From an uncultured delta proteobacterium (GTDB lineage Bacteria > Myxococcota_A > Polyangia > Haliangiales > Haliangiaceae), in the NCBI GenBank assembly GCA_963848295.1, contig CAWKDB010000011.1, positions 640,001 through 704,000 of the forward strand: a DNA stretch of 64,000 nucleotides. The letters are read 5' to 3'. Below the pieces are notes generated by a model. That model was not told where the DNA came from. It saw only the letters and a list, made by a program, of their open reading frames with translations, and did not search any database. Position numbers and translations under genes: made by a program. Below are positions 54,618 through 64,000 of the stretch, piece by piece; position 1 is the stretch's first letter, and each line of letters begins with the position of its first letter.

Positions 54618-57427
54618 GACGCCACCTTCAACGTCGCGATCGCCTCGACCAGCCGCGCGCGGCGTTGCTGTTCATCCGCGAGCCGCGCCTTCTGCTCGGC
54701 GACGACCTCTTCGGGCGCGCGCGCCAGAAAGTCGGCGTTCCCGAGCTTCTTCTCGATCCCGCCGATCTCCTTGTCGCACTTCGCGATGTCCTTCTCGAGC
54801 CGCGCGGTCTCGGCCTTCGGATCGACGAGGCCGCCGAGCGGCATCACGATCTCGATGTCCGAGCCGACCAGCGTCTTGGCCGCGCCGGGGACCGCCGGAC
54901 CGGTGGCGCCGATGGTCGCGGTCACCTTCGCGCGATTCTCGAGCAGCTTCTGGTAGCCGAGCAGGATCTGGCGAGCCGCATCGCCGGTCACGCGCAGCTC
55001 GATCGCGATGGTCTGCGCCGGCGGCAGCGTGTAGGTCGCGCGCAGCATGCGGATCGCCGACACCGTGTCCTGCACGAGCCGCATCTCGGCTTCGGCCGCG
55101 GCGTCGACCCATTGCGCGTCGTTGCGCGGGAACACCGTGATCATCAGCGAGCCCGGCAGCTGCGGCGGCTTCGGCAGCTTCTGCCAGATCTCCTCGGTCA
55201 CGAACGGCGCGAACGGATGCAACAGCCGCATCGTCGTCTCGAGCGCGGTCGCGAGCACGCCCTGCACCATGTGGCGCTTCGTGTTGCGCGCCTGATCTTG
55301 CTGGAGCTCGTCGCTCTGATACAGGTGCGGCTTCGCGAGCTCGATGTACCAGTCGCACAGCTCGTCCCACACGAAGTGATAGATCGCGTTCGCGGCGTCG
55401 GCGAACCGGAACGCTTCGAGCGACGCGTCGACCTGGCCCGACACCGCCTGGAGGCGCGACAAGATCCAGCGCTCGGGCATGCCGAGCGCCGCCCTTCCCG
55501 CCGGCGTCGCGAGCTGCGCTTCGAACCGCTCGGGGTCGAAGTCGTCGAGGTTCATCAGCGCGAACCGCGAGGCGTTCCACAGCTTGTTGATGAAGTTGCG
55601 AAAGCCCTCGACCCGCTCGATCGACAGCCGGATCCGCGAGCTGCCGGTGTTGAGCGCGGCGAGCGCGAACCGCAGCGCATCGGCGCCCATCGCCGGGATG
55701 CCCTTCGGGAAGTGCTTCTTGATCGCCTTCTTCGTCGCATCGGGATCGGGCGGCTTCTCGACGTCGACCCGCGCGAGCAACACGTCGAGCGACGCGCCGT
55801 GCACGACGTCGAGCGGATCGATCACGTTGCCCTTGGTCTTCGACATCTTGTCGCCGTTTTCGTCGGTGACGATCGACGTCAGGTACACCGTGCGGAACGG
55901 CACCTTGCCGGTGAAGTACAGCCCGAACATCATCATCCGGGCGACCCAGAAGAAGATGATGTCCGGCCCGGTGACGAGCACCGAGTTCGGATAGAACGCG
56001 GCGAGCTCGCGCGTCTTGTCGGGCCAGCCGAGCGTCGAGAACGGCCACAACGCCGACGAAAACCACGTGTCGAGGATGTCCTCGTCCTGGTGCAGTGTGC
56101 CGCCGCACTTGGTGCACGTCGTCGGATCGGTGCGCGAGACTTCGATGTGGCCGCACTTGTCGCAATGCCACGCCGGAATGCGATGGCCCCACCACAGCTG
56201 GCGCGAGATGCACCAGTCGCGGATGTTGGACATCCAGTTCATGAACGTCTTGGTGTGGAGCTCGGGGACGAACTTCGTCTTGCCCTGCTCGACCGCGGCC
56301 GCCGCCGCCGCCGCGAGCGGAGCGGCCTTGACCCACCACTGCTCCATCAGCATCGGCTCGATCACCGCGCCCGAGCGCTGACTGCGGCCACGCGGGACCT
56401 TGTACGGCTTCGCGCCGACGAGGAATCCCCCCGCCTCGAGGTCCGCGACCACCGCGGCGCGCGCTTCGTCGACCGTCATCCCGATGTACTTCGCCGGGGC
56501 GGGCGCGCAGATCTTGCCGTGGGTGTCGATGACTTGCAGGATCGGCACGCCGGTGCGCAGCGCCGCTTCGTAGTCGTTCGGATCGTGCGCCGGCGTGACC
56601 TTGACCGCGCCGGAGCCGAACGCCGGGTCGACGAACGCATCGGCGACGACCGGGATCGTGCGCCCGGACAGCGGCAGCTCGAGCTGCTTGCCGACCAGCG
56701 CCTTGTAGCGCTCGTCGTCGGGGTGAACCGCGACCGCGGTGTCGCCGAGCATCGTCTCGGGCCGGGTCGTCGCGACCACGATCTCGCCGCCGCCGACGAT
56801 CGGATAGCGAATGTCCCAGAGCTGCCCGTTCTCTTCCGCGGTGTCGACCTCGAGGTCCGAGACCACGGTCTGGCTCGCCGGGTCCCAGTTGATCATCCGC
56901 TTCGCGCGGAAGATCAGCCCGGCTTCGTAGAGCCTGACGAACGCCTCGCGCACCGCGGCGTTGGACTTGTCGTCCATCGTGAACCGCTCGCGTGGCCAGT
57001 CGAGCGAGAACCCCATCAGCTTTTCTTGCTCGCTGATGCGATGGCCGCTGCGCTCCTTCCACGCCCAGGCGCGCTTCATGAACTCGTCGCGGCCGAGCTC
57101 GAACCGCGTCTTGTGCTCGCGTCGCTTGAGATCTTTTTCGAGCAGCACGTGCACCGCGATCGACGCGTGGTCGATGCCCGGCATCCACATCGTGTTGAAC
57201 GCCTGCATCCGGCGCCAGCGGATCAAGATGTCTTGCATCGACGAGCCGAGCGCGTGGCCGATGTGCAGCGAGCCGGTGACGTTCGGCGGCGGCAGCGTGA
57301 TCGAATACGGAACGCGCGGCGACGTTTCGTCGGCGTGATAGAAGCCGTTTTCGAGCCAGAACCTCAACCAGCCGGGCTCGACGTCCGACGGGTCGTACTG
57401 CTTCGGAAGCGTCGACGACGTTGACAC
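54614..57427 (-). CDS. valS: Valine--tRNA ligase
   Basis: PPPNVTGSLHIGH, DWCISRQLWWGH and KMSKT; C-terminal coiled coil. Confidence 0.97.
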   Translation of the reverse strand: MSTSSTLPKQYDPSDVEPGWLRFWLENGFYHADETSPRVPYSITLPPPNVTGSLHIGHALGSSMQDILIRWRRMQAFNTMWMPGIDHASIAVHVLLEKDLKRREHKTRFELGRDEFMKRAWAWKERSGHRISEQEKLMGFSLDWPRERFTMDDKSNAAVREAFVRLYEAGLIFRAKRMINWDPASQTVVSDLEVDTAEENGQLWDIRYPIVGGGEIVVATTRPETMLGDTAVAVHPDDERYKALVGKQLELPLSGRTIPVVADAFVDPAFGSGAVKVTPAHDPNDYEAALRTGVPILQVIDTHGKICAPAPAKYIGMTVDEARAAVVADLEAGGFLVGAKPYKVPRGRSQRSGAVIEPMLMEQWWVKAAPLAAAAAAAVEQGKTKFVPELHTKTFMNWMSNIRDWCISRQLWWGHRIPAWHCDKCGHIEVSRTDPTTCTKCGGTLHQDEDILDTWFSSALWPFSTLGWPDKTRELAAFYPNSVLVTGPDIIFFWVARMMMFGLYFTGKVPFRTVYLTSIVTDENGDKMSKTKGNVIDPLDVVHGASLDVLLARVDVEKPPDPDATKKAIKKHFPKGIPAMGADALRFALAALNTGSSRIRLSIERVEGFRNFINKLWNASRFALMNLDDFDPERFEAQLATPAGRAALGMPERWILSRLQAVSGQVDASLEAFRFADAANAIYHFVWDELCDWYIELAKPHLYQSDELQQDQARNTKRHMVQGVLATALETTMRLLHPFAPFVTEEIWQKLPKPPQLPGSLMITVFPRNDAQWVDAAAEAEMRLVQDTVSAIRMLRATYTLPPAQTIAIELRVTGDAARQILLGYQKLLENRAKVTATIGATGPAVPGAAKTLVGSDIEIVMPLGGLVDPKAETARLEKDIAKCDKEIGGIEKKLGNADFLARAPEEVVAEQKARLADEQQRRARLVEAIATLKVAS

Positions 57428-57620
57428 GCGCGCAAGCTACCACAGCGACCGCAAGCAGGAGCCTTCCGACGACGTTCTACGGCGCGCGCGTCAACGTGGA
57501 GGTGAAGCTCGAACGCGAGATTGATGCGTGTCTATCTAACACCATGAGACCACCTCGTTTGCGCGCTGTCTCGCCAGGTCGCATCGTCGGAGGGCTGCGC
57601 TCGGCCGCCGACGTCCGAGG

Positions 57621-57941
57621 TTAGTGCGTGAGGCGCCAGAGCATCGCGCGCACCTGGTCGAGCACCTCGTCGACGTGCGCGAAGTCCGCCGGGGTGATGT
57701 AGCCGCGCGCCTCGGCGATGCGAAGCGCTGCGGTGAGCTCGCCGGCGCTGCCGGCGGCTCGGCGATACAGATCGGGGCGATCGAGCCCGACGCGCGCGCG
57801 ACCTTCGGCGAGGTTGAGCGCGACGCTCTCGGAGGCGCGCACGATCTCGTCGGCGAGGGATTTGCGCCGGCGGCGAACTTTGGGCTCGAGCGGTTCGAGG
57901 CGCGCGATGACGGCGAGTGCGGATTCGAGGGCGATGAACAT
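57621..57941 (-). CDS. Four-helix-bundle protein (TIGR02436 / 23S rRNA IVS-protein / Avd-like), copy A
   Basis: LADEIVRASESVALNLAEG...AAGSAGEL...MLWRL; GGAG RBS before the ATG. Confidence 0.88.
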   Translation of the reverse strand: MFIALESALAVIARLEPLEPKVRRRRKSLADEIVRASESVALNLAEGRARVGLDRPDLYRRAAGSAGELTAALRIAEARGYITPADFAHVDEVLDQVRAMLWRLTH

Positions 57942-57954
57942 GGTTGGCTCCAAG

Positions 57955-58150
57955 GGTTCGTGGGCGGCGTTCGTTCGTTCGCCGTCAAGCGCCGCAGCGC
58001 GCCGGGCCCGTGACGAGCGCGGCGTCGGCCCACCGCAGGCGTCGGTCGATCAACTCCGCGGCGGCCGACCGCATACGTCGATGGTCTCAGCGCTCGGCGC
58101 GGGACGGGCGCGCAAGCGGCGCGACGGCGAACGAACGCCGCCCACGAACC
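57955..58150 (-). ncRNA. Putative structured non-coding/leader element upstream of four-helix-bundle gene A
   Basis: Perfect 23-bp inverted repeat 57955-57977/58128-58150; inner stem 58014-58020/58090-58096; homologous to 58519-58712. Confidence 0.6.
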
Positions 58151-58167
58151 GAATGCGAGCGAGATCA

Positions 58168-58486
<319 letters not shown>

Positions 58487-58518
58487 TCCTCGAACGACGC
58501 CGCGTCTCGCTGAGTCTC

Positions 58519-58712
58519 GGGCGGCGCGCCGTCGTCGTCGCCCCTGGCCGCTCGCGCGCTCGCGCCTCGCCGAGCGCCGAGAACACCGACGCCTGCGAAC
58601 GGCCGCCGCGAAGTTGATCGACCGACGCGTGAGATCGCCGGGCGCGGCGCTCGTCACGGCGCGTGCGCGCTTGGCGGCCGACGGGGCGAACGACGACGAC
58701 GACGCACCGCCC
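58519..58712 (+). ncRNA. Putative structured non-coding/leader element upstream of four-helix-bundle gene B
   Basis: Imperfect inverted repeat 58519-58550/58675-58712; inner stem 58571-58578/58646-58653; core 58600-58628 is 28/29 identical to the reverse complement of 58039-58067. Confidence 0.6.
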
Positions 58713-58728
58713 TCACCCAGGAGAACTT

Positions 58729-59052
58729 ATGGCTTTCGATGCTCTCGAAGTTTCGCTCACGATGCTCCGCCAGCTCGCCCCGCTCGAGTCGAAGCTGAAG
58801 CGCCACCGGAAATCGCTTGCCGACGAAGTGGTCCGCGCCGGCGAGAGCGTCGCGCTGAATATCAGCGAGGGCCGCGCGCGCGTCGGCCTCGATCGGCCCG
58901 ACTTCTATCGCCGCGCCGCCGGCAGCGCGAACGAGCTCACCACCGCGCTCCGCATCGCCGAGGCGCGCGGCATCATCACAACCGCCGACCTCGCCGCGAT
59001 CGAACCGCTCCTCGATCGCATTCGCGCGATGCTGTGGCGGCTCACGCACTGA
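58729..59052 (+). CDS. Four-helix-bundle protein (TIGR02436 / Avd-like), copy B
   Basis: LADEVVRAGESVALNISEG...AAGSANEL...MLWRLTH; AGGAG RBS; about two-thirds identical to copy A. Confidence 0.88.
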   Translation: MAFDALEVSLTMLRQLAPLESKLKRHRKSLADEVVRAGESVALNISEGRARVGLDRPDFYRRAAGSANELTTALRIAEARGIITTADLAAIEPLLDRIRAMLWRLTH

Positions 59053-59056
59053 TGCG

Positions 59057-59206
59057 ACCGCTGCCGCTGTCGCTGCCGCTGACCGCTGCCGTCGCCGCTG
59101 ACCGCTGCCGCTGCCGCTGCCGCTGACCGCTGCCGTCGCCGCTGACCGCTGCCGTCGCCGCTGCCGCTGCCGCTGACCGCTGCCGGGCTGCCGCTGACCG
59201 CCGCCG
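59057..59206 (+). repeat. Second CCGCTG(A) tandem repeat tract, downstream of four-helix-bundle gene B
   Basis: ccgctgccgctgtcgctgccgctgaccgctg..., same strand and unit as 58168-58486. Confidence 0.93.
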
Positions 59207-59207
59207 G

Positions 59208-60170
59208 CTAGCTGCGGCGCTGCGCCGCGAGGTCGTGCAGGTTCTCGCGGATGATCTGCTCGGCGAGGTCGGGCACGATCTCCCACACGATGCGCTCGAC
59301 CACTTCGGCCGACAGCTTCAGCAGCGCGAGCAGCTCCGGGCTGCCTGGCTCGATGCCGGCGGCGGCGGCGAGCTGAGCCGCCATCTTCGCGAGCGTGCGC
59401 TCGACCAGCGCCGAGCGCTTCGTCGGGGAGCCCGCGACCATCGGCGAACGGTTCATCCCGCCGATCGCTGGCGACGCTGACGGAATCGAGACCGGCGCCG
59501 CGGCAGCAGCGACCGCAGCGGCCGCAGCGGGAGCAGGTGGCCGCAAGGCAGGTCCGGTAGATGGGCCCGTGGAGATCGGCGGGACCGCCATGACGGTGGT
59601 CTTCGCAGGCGCCGGTGCGACCGCAGGAGCGACGCCACCCGGCATCTTGATCGTGGGCATCCCCATGATCGTCGCCGAACGCGGGGGCATCGCGGCGGCC
59701 ATGCCGGCGTTCGGCGTCGGCTTGACGACCGGCGCTGCCGCGGCCGGCGCGTGCGCGACGACCGAGGCGGGTGCCGAGGAAACGCCCGGCTTCGCGACCA
59801 CGCCCTTACCGGCGATCTCGCCGATCTTCTCGAGCATCGTCTGGGTGTCCCACGGCTTGGGCAGGTTCCCGTCGGCGCCGACCTGCGTACCCTTCGCGTT
59901 GTCGTACGGCGCGCTGTTGCCGACGAGGATCACGACCGGGACGTCGGCGGTCTTCGGGTCCGACTTGATCGCGAGGCACAGGTCGTAACCGGACTTGCCG
60001 GCGATCTGCGCGTCCGCGAGGATCACGCTCGGCTTTTGGCCTTTGGCTTTCTCGAGACCCTCGTCGTAGGTCCGGGCGCCGACATATTGGAAGTCGGTAC
60101 CGCGGAAGGTGATGTCAGCGACTTGCTGCATCGTCGCGCTGTCATCCACGCACAAAACGATCTTGCTCAC
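59208..60170 (-). CDS. romR: RomR-like polarity response regulator
   Basis: N-terminal receiver domain (VDDS, LADA, KPW); Pro/Ala-rich linker; C-terminal EVVERIVWEIVPDLAEQIIRE matching the RomR C-terminal motif; upstream of valS. Confidence 0.82.
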   Translation of the reverse strand: MSKIVLCVDDSATMQQVADITFRGTDFQYVGARTYDEGLEKAKGQKPSVILADAQIAGKSGYDLCLAIKSDPKTADVPVVILVGNSAPYDNAKGTQVGADGNLPKPWDTQTMLEKIGEIAGKGVVAKPGVSSAPASVVAHAPAAAAPVVKPTPNAGMAAAMPPRSATIMGMPTIKMPGGVAPAVAPAPAKTTVMAVPPISTGPSTGPALRPPAPAAAAAVAAAAAPVSIPSASPAIGGMNRSPMVAGSPTKRSALVERTLAKMAAQLAAAAGIEPGSPELLALLKLSAEVVERIVWEIVPDLAEQIIRENLHDLAAQRRS

Positions 60171-60300
60171 TTGGGTCCTCCGAGAGCGCCAGCGGGGCAC
60201 GAGCCCCCACCGTCGAGCCCAGAATATCAGGCGATTTCCCGACGGGTCAAACCAACTGCCCGAATTTACGTCGGCATTCGCGTGCTAGTTTCCGCCGCCG

Positions 60301-62295
<1,995 letters not shown>

Positions 62296-62312
62296 CGGCC
62301 AAAGACGGCGCG

Positions 62313-62948
62313 TTACTTGGCGTGCTTGCGAATCTGCTCGAGTAACGCCGCGCAATCCGCGAGCGAGCGATCGAGGCGGGCGCGCATGCTCGGATCACCA
62401 GCGATGTCGTCGAACAGCCTGCCGCGCCGCGCGACCGAGCGCAGCATCGCGGCGGCGTCTTCGGCGTGGCGGATCGTGCGCTCGGGGTACGGCACCGCGT
62501 TGTGCGCGACGACGACCTGATGCGCGACGTTGCCCCCGCCGATCCGGGTGCCGTGCGCGAGCCCTTGGGCGACGGCCGGGGTCGGCGCCAAGCCACCAGC
62601 CCGCGCCGCGTCTCCGTGCCCGCCCGGCATCGGCACCGCCGGGTTGACCGACGACACGGTGACGATCCGGCTCGTGCGCACGGTCGCGACCTCCATCGCC
62701 TGGCCGATCCACTCGTCGACCGGCACGTCGAACATCGAGCGCGATCCGACGCGCGGCTCGCTGTCGCGGACGACGACGTGCTCGCGGTCGCCGCCGGTCG
62801 CGCCGCGCACGACCACGTAACGCCGGTCGCGGTCCTTGTGGAACGCCACGAAGTACGTGCTCGACTCGGTCTGGACCTTGTAAATTTGATCCGGCCGGTC
62901 CCGGAGGTCGCCGAACACGGTCTTCGTCAGGTCCTCGCGATACGCCAT
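62313..62948 (-). CDS. Hypothetical protein
   Basis: 211-aa ORF with normal codon bias; no recognisable motif. Confidence 0.65.
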   Translation of the reverse strand: MAYREDLTKTVFGDLRDRPDQIYKVQTESSTYFVAFHKDRDRRYVVVRGATGGDREHVVVRDSEPRVGSRSMFDVPVDEWIGQAMEVATVRTSRIVTVSSVNPAVPMPGGHGDAARAGGLAPTPAVAQGLAHGTRIGGGNVAHQVVVAHNAVPYPERTIRHAEDAAAMLRSVARRGRLFDDIAGDPSMRARLDRSLADCAALLEQIRKHAK

Positions 62949-62968
62949 GAGGTAGCGACCAGCTTACC

Positions 62969-63826
62969 TCAGCCCTCTACCTTACCGAGCGCTTTCGGCG
63001 GCTGGCCGCGCCCGCCGAAGATCGCGAGCACGGCGACCGTCACGATGTAAGGCAACAGCGCGACGAGCTCGGCCGGAAGCTCGCGACCGTATGCGTTCTG
63101 CACCATGTGGCTGACGGTCTCCGCGATCGCGACGCCGACGCACGCGAACGCCGCGATGCCGGGCCGCCAGCCGGCGAGGATCACCATCGCGAGCGCCATG
63201 TAGCCGCGCCCGCTCGACATGTCGGAGATGAACCCGGTGCCGCGCAGCGACAGGTGCGCTCCGCCGACGCCCGCGAGCGCACCGCCGACCATCGCCGCGA
63301 ACAAGCGAGCGCGCGACGGCGCGACCCCCGCGGCGCGCAACGCGTCGGGGCGATCCCCCGCGGCGCGCAGGCGCAGCCCCCAGCGCGTGCGCGCCAACGC
63401 GAACGGCACGGCGACTGCCGCGAGCGCCGCGATCCACACCGCGGGATTCGCGATCACCGCGCTGCCGAAGCCATCGATCCGCGGTGCGTTCTGGCCTTCG
63501 TGGTAGATGAGCTGCAACAACAAGCGCGTGCCGGCGAGCGCGACGATGTTGAGGCCGATGCCGACGACGATCTGGTCAGCGCGCAGGGTCAACGCAAAAC
63601 CGGTCTGCACCGCCGCGACGATCGCACCCGCGAGCGCGCCCGCGGTGATCCCGAGGTACAGCGAGCCGGTCGCGTGTGCGACCGCGGCCGCCGCGAACGC
63701 GCCGAACAGCAGCTTCGCTTCGAGCGCGAGATCGATCAGCCCCGAGCGCTCGGTGATCACGCCGCACAACGCCGCGAGCACGTACGGCACGGCGTTCGGA
63801 ATCACGCGTGCGAAGAATTCGATCAC
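62969..63826 (-). CDS. ABC transporter permease (nucleoside/sugar, BPD_transp_2)
   Basis: ERSGLIDLALE, TRWGLRLRAAGD and GRGYMALA. Confidence 0.9.
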   Translation of the reverse strand: MIEFFARVIPNAVPYVLAALCGVITERSGLIDLALEAKLLFGAFAAAAVAHATGSLYLGITAGALAGAIVAAVQTGFALTLRADQIVVGIGLNIVALAGTRLLLQLIYHEGQNAPRIDGFGSAVIANPAVWIAALAAVAVPFALARTRWGLRLRAAGDRPDALRAAGVAPSRARLFAAMVGGALAGVGGAHLSLRGTGFISDMSSGRGYMALAMVILAGWRPGIAAFACVGVAIAETVSHMVQNAYGRELPAELVALLPYIVTVAVLAIFGGRGQPPKALGKVEG

Positions 63827-64000
63827 GACGCCGCCGCCTGACGCCGCACGTACGGGACCGCGGCCGCGACCGCGAGCAGCACCACGCCCTGCAGCACCTC
63901 GCTGACCTCGCGCGGCACGAGGCGCGAGACCGACAGGCCGCCGACCGACAGAAAGCCTAGGCCGAGCGAGGCGACCGCGATCCCGACGGGATGGACGCGC
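63823..64000 (-). CDS. 3' end of a second ABC transporter permease (partial)
   Basis: Reads RVHPVGIAVASLGLGFL...EVLQGVVLLAV...*; stop overlaps the next GTG. Confidence 0.7.
   Translation of the reverse strand, partial: RVHPVGIAVASLGLGFLSVGGLSVSRLVPREVSEVLQGVVLLAVAAAVPYVRRQAAAS

Overview
This is a 64 kb stretch of a very GC-rich (roughly 70%) bacterial chromosome. It is almost certainly from a myxobacterium (Myxococcota; Kofleriaceae/Haliangiales-like by gene content), based on RomR, DUF2330/MYXO-CTERM proteins, tandem Ser/Thr kinases and a PP2C-cNMP fusion. Most of it is housekeeping and signalling: glnD, polA, plsX, gcvT/gcvH, trxB, lgt, ccr, valS, romR, argS and ABC transporters. Five features stand out. 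(1) Between valS and romR are two divergently oriented four-helix-bundle (TIGR02436/Avd-like) genes. Each is preceded by a homologous ~195-nt highly structured non-coding element, with a long terminal inverted repeat, a nested stem and a 28/29-nt identical core. Both are associated with CCGCTG(A) tandem-repeat tracts, making this a candidate undescribed ncRNA + small-protein mobile unit. (2) argS carries five in-frame copies of a 57-bp palindromic unit, and the unit's core also occurs as a REP-like pair at 33.2 kb. (3) TANNNT hexamers sit 6-7 nt before many start codons, suggesting leaderless transcription. (4) A 985-aa orphan protein has an eCIS-cargo-like N-terminus. (5) Five single-base insertions break four conserved genes and are most likely sequencing errors. 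All calls come from reading the sequence and the ORF track; no database searches were run.
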